From: Candidatus Aquilonibacter sp.
GTDB taxonomy: Bacteria; Acidobacteriota; Terriglobia; Terriglobales; Acidobacteriaceae
NCBI GenBank assembly: GCA_035523915.1
Contig: DATKPV010000015.1
Coordinates: 35,475 to 99,474 of the forward strand
DNA: 64,000 nucleotides
Direction: 5' to 3'
Position 1 is the first letter of the stretch. Every line of letters starts with the position of its first letter. The notes beneath the pieces are model-generated. The model was given only the letters and a program-made list of their open reading frames with translations, was not told where the DNA came from and searched no databases. A program made the position numbers and the translations under genes. Shown here piece by piece: positions 37,278 to 46,868 of this stretch.

Positions 37278-38717
37278 ATGGGCCTGAACAAACTGGACCT
37301 GGCGATTGTTGCCCTGTACCTGGTGGCGATTACTTTGTTCGGCCTGCGGTTTCGCAAGCGCCATCGCTCACTGCGCGACTACTTCCTCGCGGGACGCGAT
37401 ATACCCTGGTGGGCCATTGCTCTCTCGATCGTGGCCGCCGAAACCAGCACGCTGACCATCGTGAGCATTCCCGGCCTGGCTTATGACACCAATCTGACGT
37501 TTCTGCAGGTGGTCATGGGGTACGTACTCGGGCGGGTGATCATCAGTTTTCTGCTGCTGCCCCACTACTTTCGCGGCGATCTGTATACCGCCTATCAGCT
37601 GATCGAACGGCGCTTTGGGCGCCGATTGCGGTCGCTGACCGCAGGCCTGTTTCTACTGACGCGAGCCGCCGCCGAGGGAGTACGCGTTTACGCCGTTTCC
37701 ATCGTTGTCGGCATCGCATTGGGGACGGGGCAGGTCGCCTCCATCGCCATTATTACCGCCTTGACCCTGATCTATACCTTCGAGGGCGGCCTGGCGGCGG
37801 TGATCTGGACGGACGTAGTGCAGACCGCCATCTATATCGCCGGGACGCTCGTGGGAGTTTTCACCATCGCGCATCTGGTGCCCGGCGGTTGGTCGGCAAT
37901 TCACGATGCGGCGGCCACTGCCGGCAAGTTGCGGGTGTTCGACTTCCGGACAAGCTTCACTTTGCCCTACACCTTCTGGGCTGGAGTGATTGGCGGAACT
38001 TTTTTTACCGTCGCCAGTCACGGGACCGATCAACTGATCGTGCAACGGCTTCTCGCAGCGCGTAATGAAAAGCAATCCGTGACCGCGCTGATTTCCAGCG
38101 GCGTAGCGATTTTTCTTCAGTTTGCCCTCTTCCTGCTTCTTGGTGTAATGCTTTGGGCGTTTTATCGAACGCCCTCGGCTAGTTTCGGCAAGTCCGACTA
38201 CATCTATCCCAGGTTTATCGTCAATCAGTTGCCGCACGGAATCTCCGGCCTGCTGATTGCCGCCATCCTGGCAGCTGCCATGTCGAACCTGAGCGCAGCA
38301 CTCAATTCGTTGTCTTCCAGTTCGATCATGGATTTCTATCTTCGTTTCCGGCCGGAGGTCGACGAACAGCAACGCATGCTCCTGTCGCGGCTCTCGACGG
38401 TCATTTGGGCGGCAGTGTTGTTTGCGCTCGCCATCGTAGCGTTGCGTAAAGCCGGACGTGTCGTCGAGGTGGGTTTGCAGATCGCCTCGGTAGCGTATGG
38501 CGCCCTGCTGGGAGTGTTCCTGCTCGGCGTTCTCACGCGGCGCGCCAATCAATCCGGAGCAATGTTAGGGATGGCTTGCGGATTTGCAGCGGAATTGTAC
38601 CTATGGCGGTGGACCCACGTGCCCTGGACATGGTGGGTCATGATCGGCACGGCGGTGACGTTTGTCGTGGGATACGCGGGCAGCATGGCGACGTCCGCTG
38701 GAAAGGCAACCAGCTAA
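37278..38717 (+). CDS. Sodium:solute symporter family transporter
   Basis: About 13 TM helices. The N-terminus LAIVALYLVAITLFGLRFRKR...DYFLAGRDIPWWAIALSIVAAETS is typical of the SSF family. Confidence 0.8.
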   Translation: MGLNKLDLAIVALYLVAITLFGLRFRKRHRSLRDYFLAGRDIPWWAIALSIVAAETSTLTIVSIPGLAYDTNLTFLQVVMGYVLGRVIISFLLLPHYFRGDLYTAYQLIERRFGRRLRSLTAGLFLLTRAAAEGVRVYAVSIVVGIALGTGQVASIAIITALTLIYTFEGGLAAVIWTDVVQTAIYIAGTLVGVFTIAHLVPGGWSAIHDAAATAGKLRVFDFRTSFTLPYTFWAGVIGGTFFTVASHGTDQLIVQRLLAARNEKQSVTALISSGVAIFLQFALFLLLGVMLWAFYRTPSASFGKSDYIYPRFIVNQLPHGISGLLIAAILAAAMSNLSAALNSLSSSSIMDFYLRFRPEVDEQQRMLLSRLSTVIWAAVLFALAIVALRKAGRVVEVGLQIASVAYGALLGVFLLGVLTRRANQSGAMLGMACGFAAELYLWRWTHVPWTWWVMIGTAVTFVVGYAGSMATSAGKATS

Positions 38718-38757
38718 ACTGCGCAGACCGGCGCGTGCCGAGAATGCAAAGAGAACC

Positions 38758-40164
38758 ATGAGCGACGTTTCACTTTCACTGGGCCGTGACCATCCTGAGC
38801 TTTCTCGCGATCTTGGGGTGAGCCAGGCTACATCGGTTGTGGTGGGAACCATCATTGGCAGCGGAATATTTCTCGTTCCCGCAGAGATGATGCAAGCGGT
38901 TGGCTCGGCCGGCCTGGTTTACCTGGCGTGGCTGGTCGGCGGCGCGCTCTCATTCTTTGGAGCCCTCACCTACGCCGAGTTAGGCGCCATGAAACCGCAG
39001 GCCGGCGGTGAGTATGTGTATGTGCGCGACGCCTACGGTCCGTTGGCCGGATTTCTTTATGCCTGGACCTGGTTCATCGTCGCCAAGCCCGGCACGATCG
39101 CCACGGTCACCACGGGACTGGTGCGGATCTTGGGTACATTTCCCATCTTCTCCTTTCTCCCGCACGACGCACTCTCCTTTCCTTTCGCCATCACCTGGGG
39201 CCAGATCATTGCGATTGCGGCAGCGATCTTAATCTCGTTCCTCAACTATCTCGGAGTCAAGAAAGCAGGAGAATTCCAGCTTGTATTCACGATCCTGAAG
39301 GTCGTCATCATTCTTGGCATCGTCGCCGTGTGCTTCGGCGCCGCCTCTGGCACCTGGGCACACTTTGCCGGACGCTACGCTGGGGCTAAGGGCGGAATTG
39401 CCGGCTTCATGGCGGCTTTAGTGGCGGCCCTCTGGGCCTATGACGGATGGAACGATCTCAACATGGTAGCAGGGGAAGTGAAGCGGCCTGAGCGTAACAT
39501 ACCGGTTGCGCTCATCGTTGGCGTGGCCACAGTGGGAGCTTTATACATTTTGATGAACGCCGCGGTGCAGTATGTTCTGCCGGCAAGCGCCATCGCGGGA
39601 TCTCCCCGGCCCGCGTCCGACGCAGTGGCCGCCGTCTTCGGGGGGATGGGAGGCGGCATTCTCGCCGCCAAGATCGTTTCCTTCGGCATGGCGGTTTCCA
39701 TGCTGGTAACTCTGAATGGTTCGATCATGAGCGGCGCACGCGTCCCTTTTGCGGTAGCACGGGATGGCTACTTTTTTCACGCTCTCGCCGAGGTTCACCC
39801 GCGGTTTCACACGCCTGCCGTGGCGATCGCGGTGCAGGCGGCGTTATCGATTGCGCTTCTGCTGTTGGGAGGGAGTTTTCGGCAATTGTTTTCCCTCACA
39901 ATTTTCGCCGAGTGGTTATTCTATATGATCGCCGGCAGCACAATTTTCGTCTTTCGCCGGCGCGATCCAGCGGCCGTTCGCCCCTACCGTGTTCTGGGAT
40001 ATCCTCTGGTTCCCGCCGCGTTTGTTGCCGTCGCTGCCATCCTGCTCTACTACACTTTCCGGGAGAATTGGCCCAATTCTCTGTATGGAACACTGGTTAT
40101 TCTGGCTGGCATTCCGGTTTTCTCCTGGTTTTCCCGGCATCGCACCGAAGCAAGACTGCGGTAA
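38758..40164 (+). CDS. Amino acid permease (APC superfamily)
   Basis: 12 TM helices, VVVGTIIGSGIFLVPAEM, GGEYVYVRDAYG. Start moved to ATG 38758, outside the overlap with the upstream gene. Confidence 0.85.
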   Translation: MSDVSLSLGRDHPELSRDLGVSQATSVVVGTIIGSGIFLVPAEMMQAVGSAGLVYLAWLVGGALSFFGALTYAELGAMKPQAGGEYVYVRDAYGPLAGFLYAWTWFIVAKPGTIATVTTGLVRILGTFPIFSFLPHDALSFPFAITWGQIIAIAAAILISFLNYLGVKKAGEFQLVFTILKVVIILGIVAVCFGAASGTWAHFAGRYAGAKGGIAGFMAALVAALWAYDGWNDLNMVAGEVKRPERNIPVALIVGVATVGALYILMNAAVQYVLPASAIAGSPRPASDAVAAVFGGMGGGILAAKIVSFGMAVSMLVTLNGSIMSGARVPFAVARDGYFFHALAEVHPRFHTPAVAIAVQAALSIALLLLGGSFRQLFSLTIFAEWLFYMIAGSTIFVFRRRDPAAVRPYRVLGYPLVPAAFVAVAAILLYYTFRENWPNSLYGTLVILAGIPVFSWFSRHRTEARLR

Positions 40165-40332
40165 GGCTGGCTGTGCAGCCGATTCGGAACTAATTCCGAG
40201 ATTGATTTTCATCGCGTTACCTTAGGTCAAGAGCCGTGGACACGTTTACCCCCTGTCCTATCTCCCGTATCGTGAAGCTTCCAATCCCGGTCCCCTCCCT
40301 CGGCCGGGGTCCCCTTTGGAGAGAACGAATCC

Positions 40333-41373
40333 ATGGCTATGCAGCAACGCGGGTTTCAGCTGGGTATTCTGCCCGAGCGGAAGATCGATCGCCGGGCGGT
40401 CATCACCGGCTACACGTTTGTCGTGGTGATCATCCTGATCATCATCAATATCGGATTGCTGCTGCCGGAGCATCTCCAGCTCAAGCAGTATCGCATTACG
40501 GAATTGATCCCGCTGCCGGCGATGAGGCCCGAGCCCGCGCCGATTAAGCGTACGCCTGTCAAGGCAAAGCTGTTGCCAGCCGTAAAAATTCCCGTATTCG
40601 AGCAGCCAAAACTCATTGTTCCGCGTGAGGTTCGCCACGCTGCTCCCGAAAAGGTAGAAGCTCCCAAAGTGGTGATGAACCAGTTTGCGGCACCGCAATT
40701 GAAGATAACCGCCGGCGGCGCCCGTCCTCAGTTGCTGCACGTCGGCGACTTCCAGGGTAGCTCCGTTGCTCCCACGGTGAATACAGCCGTACAGAAAGTG
40801 CAAACCGGCGGATTCGGGGATCCCAACGGACTGCAAGGAACCGGAAAACAAGGCGCGAAGCTCTATGCCGCGCAGACCGGCTCGTTCGATATGCCGGCCG
40901 GGCCGGGACAAGGTAACGGGTCGGGGGGAGCCAAAGGAATCAAAGGAACGGTGGCCAGCGCCGATTTCGGAAATGGAATCGCAACCGGTGGCAACGGCGA
41001 CGGCCGCAGCAACGGACGTGGCAGCGGAGTTGCAACAGGCGGTTTCGGCTCCGAGCAGGTGGTGCATGGCGGCCCCAAGATACAAGCCGGCTCGGGCCCA
41101 ACGACTACTCCAGTGGAGATCACGTTCAAGCCCAACCCGGCTTACACGGAGGAAGCTCGCAACCTGAAACTGGAGGGCGAAGTGCTCCTAGAGGTGAGTT
41201 TCAGCGCCAACGGAACCCTGCATGTGAACCGCGTGGTTCGCGGTCTGGGCCATGGCCTGGATGAGGCGGCTATCACCGCCGCTAACAAGATGCGCTTCAA
41301 ACCGGCATTGCGAAACGGGCAGCCGGTGGATTCAACCGCGATTGTGCATGTGGTCTTTCAGCTCGCGTATTAA
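40333..41373 (+). CDS. TonB-family energy transducer
   Basis: N-terminal TM anchor, a long linker with a Gly-rich segment, and a C-terminal TonB_C domain (PAYTEEARNLKLEGEVLLEVSFSANGTLHVNRVVRGLGHGLDEAAITAANKMRFKPALRNGQPV). Confidence 0.75.
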   Translation: MAMQQRGFQLGILPERKIDRRAVITGYTFVVVIILIIINIGLLLPEHLQLKQYRITELIPLPAMRPEPAPIKRTPVKAKLLPAVKIPVFEQPKLIVPREVRHAAPEKVEAPKVVMNQFAAPQLKITAGGARPQLLHVGDFQGSSVAPTVNTAVQKVQTGGFGDPNGLQGTGKQGAKLYAAQTGSFDMPAGPGQGNGSGGAKGIKGTVASADFGNGIATGGNGDGRSNGRGSGVATGGFGSEQVVHGGPKIQAGSGPTTTPVEITFKPNPAYTEEARNLKLEGEVLLEVSFSANGTLHVNRVVRGLGHGLDEAAITAANKMRFKPALRNGQPVDSTAIVHVVFQLAY

Positions 41374-41518
41374 AGCAGTGCCCAGTTGCCGGTGGATGCG
41401 GTTAGGAAACGCTGGGAGATACGAAGCCTGGTTACAAATCTTGGACAGTATCTGGCAAGCGAATTGACCGGGTACTGAAAGCTGGGAAGTGACAACTGGT
41501 TTCTTGGAGAAGAGAGTC

Positions 41519-43300
41519 ATGCGTACTAGGAATTGTTTTCTTACGGCGACGCTGCTGGTATCGTTGGGCGCCGTCGCACAGCAGCCATCCACTTCACAGC
41601 CGTCAACCCAAGCGGATGCCTCGGTGGCCACGCCAGCGCCCCAACCGGATTCGGCGTCGCAGGCTCATGCCTCGACCGCCCCGGCTCCTCCGGTTTCGTC
41701 GCTGCCCCAGCCGACCACCATGGACCAGGTGGTGGACCGTTTCATCGAGCGCGAGCACGGACTGATCAAGGCGCTTTCCGACCGCACTCCCGTGGTTGAG
41801 ACCTATCTTCAGAATCTCACCGCCGACCCGCAGCTCGGTCCGGTGCCCAGCGGCGACCACTATTTTCTGGGCCGCATGGACATGGGCGAAACCGTTGACC
41901 GCAAGGACTATCTGAAGGAACAGGATAAGAACATGCAGACCCGCCTGCTGGGCGGCTTTGAGAAACTCTTCAAAGTGCAGTATCAGCCCCTGGGCTTTTC
42001 CTGGATGGTCTACGCCGACCGCAACGATTTCGATCGCCAGCATTATGACTTCCGTTATGTGCGCCGTGAATTCCTGGGGGATGTGCGTTGCCTCGTGTTC
42101 GATGTCACTCCCAAGAAAAACTCGGGCAAGGGCCGCTTTCTCGGCCGCATCTGGGTGGAAGACCAGGGCTGGAATATCGTGCGGCTGAATGGAACCTACG
42201 CTCCCGCCCCGCACAACTCCTACTTCTTCCACATGGATAGCTGGCGGTTGAACCTGATTCCCGGCTACTGGGTACCGTCTTACATCTACAGCGAAGAAGG
42301 CGACTTCAGCGCGGGCGTGAAGAACAAGCTGGCATTCAAGGCGCAGACCCGCATCTGGGGCTACGACTTGAAGAAAAACGACAATGCCGACGAACTGACC
42401 CAAATCCGCGTCGATAGCGTGAAGGACGAGAGCGCTTCGGCGCAGGACGCTTCACCGCTGCAGGCCGAGCGGGAGTGGCAGCAACAGGCGGAAGATAACG
42501 TAATCGAACGGCTTACCCGCGCTGGCCTGCTCGCGCCAGAGGGCGATGTTGACCACATTCTGCAGACAGTGGTTAACAATCTCGAAGTCACCAACAACAT
42601 CGATTTGCCGCGGCCGGTCCGCACTCGCGTTCTGCTCACGGCTCCGCTGGAAACCTTCAGCGTGGGCAACACCATCATCATCAGCCGCGGACTAATCGAC
42701 GTGTTGCCCGACGAGGCCAGTCTGGCCGCCGTCCTGGCTCATGAACTGGCACACATTGTCCTCGGCCACAACCTCGGCAGCAAGTATGCCTTCAACGACC
42801 GCATGTTGTTTTCCGACGACGCCACCTACAGCAATCTCGGCTTTAAACACATTCCCGAAGAGGAAGCGGCCGCCGACAAGAAAGCGATCGAACTTCTCAA
42901 AAATTCGCCCTACGCGCAAAAACTTGACAGCGTCGGACTCTTCTTGAAGGCACTGCAGGCGCGGGCTCCGCAGCTCAGCGCTTTGCTGACCACACACCTG
43001 GGCAACCCTCTGACTGATAATGGCACGGTAACGCGACTGTCGAGTCTGATGTCGCTCGGCCCCGCGCTCGACATGAACAAGCTGGATCAGATCGCAGCCT
43101 TGCCCCTCGGCGGGCGTGTGAAGATCAATCCGTGGAACGACATGGCGGAAATGGTAAAGACGGCCCCCGTCGCCATTACCTCGGCCCGCGACAAGATGCC
43201 GTTTGAGGTCACTCCGTTCTATCCCCGTCTGGAACGCTACGGCGCGGCCAACGCCGCGAATGCACCGACTACCGCGGCTAACGCGAGCACTACCAACTAG
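41519..43300 (+). CDS. Secreted M48-family zinc metallopeptidase with large N-terminal domain
   Basis: Signal peptide (LTATLLVSLGAVAQQ) and zinc motif AVLAHELAHIVLGH. ATG 41519 has GGAGAAGAGAG upstream. Confidence 0.7.
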   Translation: MRTRNCFLTATLLVSLGAVAQQPSTSQPSTQADASVATPAPQPDSASQAHASTAPAPPVSSLPQPTTMDQVVDRFIEREHGLIKALSDRTPVVETYLQNLTADPQLGPVPSGDHYFLGRMDMGETVDRKDYLKEQDKNMQTRLLGGFEKLFKVQYQPLGFSWMVYADRNDFDRQHYDFRYVRREFLGDVRCLVFDVTPKKNSGKGRFLGRIWVEDQGWNIVRLNGTYAPAPHNSYFFHMDSWRLNLIPGYWVPSYIYSEEGDFSAGVKNKLAFKAQTRIWGYDLKKNDNADELTQIRVDSVKDESASAQDASPLQAEREWQQQAEDNVIERLTRAGLLAPEGDVDHILQTVVNNLEVTNNIDLPRPVRTRVLLTAPLETFSVGNTIIISRGLIDVLPDEASLAAVLAHELAHIVLGHNLGSKYAFNDRMLFSDDATYSNLGFKHIPEEEAAADKKAIELLKNSPYAQKLDSVGLFLKALQARAPQLSALLTTHLGNPLTDNGTVTRLSSLMSLGPALDMNKLDQIAALPLGGRVKINPWNDMAEMVKTAPVAITSARDKMPFEVTPFYPRLERYGAANAANAPTTAANASTTN

Positions 43301-43332
43301 GCTAACCTTAACCACAAGTTGCAGTAAGCGAT

Positions 43333-43369
43333 GGCTGGGATCCGGAAGTCAATTCCGGGATACCCAGCC
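43333..43369. terminator. Hairpin between convergent peptidase genes (candidate bidirectional terminator)
   Basis: GGCTGGG..CCGGAA-gtcaa-TTCCGG..CCCAGCC: a bipartite stem with an internal bulge and no clear T-run. Confidence 0.4.
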
Positions 43370-43401
43370 TTCGCATTTAGTCGCCAATCTCAATAGCCGC
43401 T

Positions 43402-46400
43402 CTACTTCGTATCTGCCCCCAAGCCATCGTGCTGGTGATAGTTCGGATACAGCGGCCGCTTGTATTCCGGCAGCGGATGTTCTTTCAATTCCTGCATCAC
43501 GACCTCAATCGCCTTGTCCAGTTGCGCATCATGGCCCTCGCGCCACGCTGCCGGATCGAGATCGACATCGTAGTCGGGCGCCACGCCATGATTCTCCACT
43601 TCCCATTCGCCCTTCAGGCCATAAATGGCGGCGCGAGGTGCTGTGACGCGGCCACCATCGATCAATTCGGGATAGCCGCCAATACCGACCAGTCCGCCCC
43701 AGGTTCGCTTGCCAATCAGCGGGCCGATCCCAGCCTTGCGGAAATACCAGGGCAGCGCGTCGCCTCCGGAACCTGACATTTCGTTGATGATCATCACCTT
43801 AGGGCCGTAAATTGCCTCCGACGGACTGGACCAGTCGTGCCCCTCGCGGGTTACGACCTTGCTCATGATCGGGCGCTTTAGATAATCAATGATGTAATCA
43901 GCGAGCTGGCCGCCTTCGTTGAAGCGCTCGTCGATAATCGCTGCCTCTTTCCCAACCTGCGAAAAAAAGTAGCGGTTGAAGCTTGTGTAGCCCTCGCCGG
44001 CGGTGTTCGGCACATAGACGTAGGCGACTCGGCCTCCCGTGGCCTGGTCGACTTTGCGCCGGTTGCTTTCGGTCCAGTCCAGATGCCTCAGGCCTTCTTC
44101 GCTGCCCACTGGGACGACCGTAACTTCCCGCGAGTCTTTCCCCGCCGGATCGGGCCCAACCTTCAGCACCACCTGCTTTCCGGCCGTTTCTTCAAAGAAA
44201 CTGTAGATATTGTCACCGGAATGCAGTTCGCGTCCGTTCACCGCAAGGATGTAGTCCCCTGCCTTCACGTTCACTCCGGGCTGTGTCAGAGGAGCCTGCA
44301 GGTCAGGATTCCAGTTTTCGCCGTCGTACACCTTGGCGACGCGGTAGCGGTCATTCTCCAGGCTATAGTCGGCGCCCAGCAGCCCGCCGGGCACTTTCTT
44401 CGGCTCGGGATGTTCCCCGCCTCCTACGAACATGTGGCCAACCGTCAGCTCCCCGAGACACTCATTAAAGAGATACGTAAGCTCACTTCGCGAAGCGATT
44501 CCGGCGAGATAGGGCTCGTACTTCTTCTTGGCCTTTTCCAGATCGAGGCCGTGGTAGTGCGGATCGTAGAAGAAATCGCGCTCAATCCGCCATGTCTCGT
44601 CATAGATTTGCTTCCACATGGGGCGAGGCTCCACGTAGACTTGCCAGCCGTCGAGCTTCAGCGGTCCGATCCCAGGTTTTGGCGGACCGCCGGGAGCAGG
44701 CGGTTCATCGGCAGAGGCCGTCGCCCACGATTCGCCTTTGCGATAGAGGATCTTCCCCCCGTCAAAGGAGACCGCGTAGTCATTCACATCGTCCAGGAAT
44801 TTGTCGACTTTGCGCTTGCTCAAATCGAACTTCTGAATGGTCTGCGGAAGATTGTCGCCCTCTTCGTCGGTAATGACTGTCGGTCCTTCCGAGAGAAACA
44901 GGATTCCCGACTTGCCGGTTAACAGATTGACATAGTTCTTGGCGGGGATCGGCAGAGCAAGAATACGTTGGCCGATTCCTTCGAAGTCGATTTTCACCGC
45001 AACGGGCTCTTCTTTTTTATCTTTGTCTTTGTCGGCCTTAGCGTTTTTATCCGTGTCCTGGTCTCCTTTATTCTCTTCCTTCGGTTTTTCCTCGTCGCTC
45101 TCCGGAGCCAGCGGCGATTTCTCATCTTTACTCAATACGGCCACATACACGCTGCGCGTGACGGGACGGTTATCACTGGTCATGTCCAGACCGGCCGTGG
45201 AAAGTGCCACGTCCGTGGATGCAGTGAAGTAGAGATATTTCCCGTTCTTGTCGAAAGCGGGATAAAGCGCATCGCTCATCCCGTCCGTCATCTGAAAAAA
45301 CTTTTCCTGCTCCAGCGAGTAAACAAATACTGCGTGTTGTCCGCTGGGAAGCTGCTTGGCGTAGGCAATCCATTTGCTGTCGGGCGCCCAGGTTTGGCCA
45401 AGAACCGTAGGACCGAATCCCCCGAAATAGTCGGTATCGACGAGCTTGGGCTTCGGATTCTCCAGGTCGATATACCAGAGATTCAGGCGCTTGTCGGAGT
45501 ATGCAATTTTCTTGCTGTCCGGCGACCAGGCCGGTTTGTAGAAAAACGAAGGCGGATTTCCCAGGTTGATGTGCCGCACCTCGCCCATGCCGCCCTGGTC
45601 GCGAATACACAGTTCGTATTCGCCCGATTCATCAGAAAAATATGCGATCGACTTGCCGTCGGGCGACCAGGCAGGATCGCGATCCGCGACCGCGGGACTG
45701 TGCGTCAGGTTGCGGATATCTCCTTTGTCGGTAGGCACGGTGAAGATTTCCCCCCACGCTTCGAACAGAGCGCGAGCGCCGGTCGGAGAAATGCCGAAAT
45801 TCTGGATTCGCTTCGGGTTAACCTTGGCGAAATGCGGGCGTACTGCGTCCAAATCGCCAGCCACGTGAATGTGAATTGTCTTCGTTTGATGCGTATTCAA
45901 ATCGTAGAGCTTGATGGCTCCAAACTGCTCGATCACGATCGCGTCTGGTCCCGCGGACGCCGTCTTGAAATCGAGGCCGTCGCTGTGCAGCGCCTCGGAA
46001 ACCTGTTTGCTATTCGTGTCGTAGACGAACAGGCTCACGGGGCCGTCGCGGTCGGAAAGGAAGTAAATCTTGTCGCCCACCCACATCGGGTAGTGATCGT
46101 TGGAGTTATCGCGCGGAACCTTGATGACGCTGGAATCTTTCAGGTCGGCAATCCAGATGGGCGTGGTCTGGCCGCCATGGTAGCGTTTCCAGGCCGCCTG
46201 CCATTGAATGTGAGGAACGTACGCCAAGTGAGTACCATCAGGCGAAAACGACGCCTCGGCGCCGATGGGAATAGGAATCTCCGTGGGAAAGCCGCCATCG
46301 ACGGGCACAGTGTACAGCTGGAATTCGAAATGCCGGAAACTGTTGCCCCAGGACATGAAGAGAATTTTATTGCCGTCAGGCGTCCAGCCGAGGACGATCT

Positions 46401-46734
46401 CATCCGCCGGATGATAGGTGAGGCGTTTGGGCACGCCACCGGCTGCGGGAACAACGAATACATCGCGGCTGCCGTCATATTCGCCCGTGAAAGCGATCAT
46501 GGTTCCATCGGGCGAGAAGTGTGGATCGGTTTCATCGCCCACCGCCGAAGTCAGGCGGCGTGCGTCTCCGCCGTTGCGATCCACGATCCACAGATCGCCT
46601 CCATAGTTGAAGACAATTTGCGTGCTGCTGACGGTGGGATCGCGCAGCAACAGCGGAGGATCGCTCTGTGCCGCGGCATAACCAAAGGAGGAGACTAACG
46701 TGAAAGCAAGAATCCCCAGGAGAAACTTGCGCAT
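43402..46734 (-). CDS. Tricorn protease homolog (S41 clan; beta-propellers, PDZ, C-terminal serine peptidase) with signal peptide
   Basis: N-terminal signal peptide MRKFLLGILAFTLVSSFGYAAAQ. TolB/WD40-like repeats (PHFSPDGTMIAF, FSPDGTHLAY, AWSPDGKSIAY, AWSPDSKKIAY). PDZ region (GDYILAVNGREL). Active-site region INEMSGSGGDALPWYFRKAGIGPLIGKRTWGGLVGI matches the tricorn catalytic Ser segment from memory. Confidence 0.85.
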   Translation of the reverse strand: MRKFLLGILAFTLVSSFGYAAAQSDPPLLLRDPTVSSTQIVFNYGGDLWIVDRNGGDARRLTSAVGDETDPHFSPDGTMIAFTGEYDGSRDVFVVPAAGGVPKRLTYHPADEIVLGWTPDGNKILFMSWGNSFRHFEFQLYTVPVDGGFPTEIPIPIGAEASFSPDGTHLAYVPHIQWQAAWKRYHGGQTTPIWIADLKDSSVIKVPRDNSNDHYPMWVGDKIYFLSDRDGPVSLFVYDTNSKQVSEALHSDGLDFKTASAGPDAIVIEQFGAIKLYDLNTHQTKTIHIHVAGDLDAVRPHFAKVNPKRIQNFGISPTGARALFEAWGEIFTVPTDKGDIRNLTHSPAVADRDPAWSPDGKSIAYFSDESGEYELCIRDQGGMGEVRHINLGNPPSFFYKPAWSPDSKKIAYSDKRLNLWYIDLENPKPKLVDTDYFGGFGPTVLGQTWAPDSKWIAYAKQLPSGQHAVFVYSLEQEKFFQMTDGMSDALYPAFDKNGKYLYFTASTDVALSTAGLDMTSDNRPVTRSVYVAVLSKDEKSPLAPESDEEKPKEENKGDQDTDKNAKADKDKDKKEEPVAVKIDFEGIGQRILALPIPAKNYVNLLTGKSGILFLSEGPTVITDEEGDNLPQTIQKFDLSKRKVDKFLDDVNDYAVSFDGGKILYRKGESWATASADEPPAPGGPPKPGIGPLKLDGWQVYVEPRPMWKQIYDETWRIERDFFYDPHYHGLDLEKAKKKYEPYLAGIASRSELTYLFNECLGELTVGHMFVGGGEHPEPKKVPGGLLGADYSLENDRYRVAKVYDGENWNPDLQAPLTQPGVNVKAGDYILAVNGRELHSGDNIYSFFEETAGKQVVLKVGPDPAGKDSREVTVVPVGSEEGLRHLDWTESNRRKVDQATGGRVAYVYVPNTAGEGYTSFNRYFFSQVGKEAAIIDERFNEGGQLADYIIDYLKRPIMSKVVTREGHDWSSPSEAIYGPKVMIINEMSGSGGDALPWYFRKAGIGPLIGKRTWGGLVGIGGYPELIDGGRVTAPRAAIYGLKGEWEVENHGVAPDYDVDLDPAAWREGHDAQLDKAIEVVMQELKEHPLPEYKRPLYPNYHQHDGLGADTK

Positions 46735-46868
46735 GATGGAGGCTCCTGAAACGGGCATGAAAAAGCGAAGAGGAATCTTAGTGCCCGGCACCGCCAAGAA
46801 TCAACCTTTCATGCGGGTTGTCGCAGGGTCTTCCGATCAGTACACTCTCTCTGGCACAAGGAGCTTCC

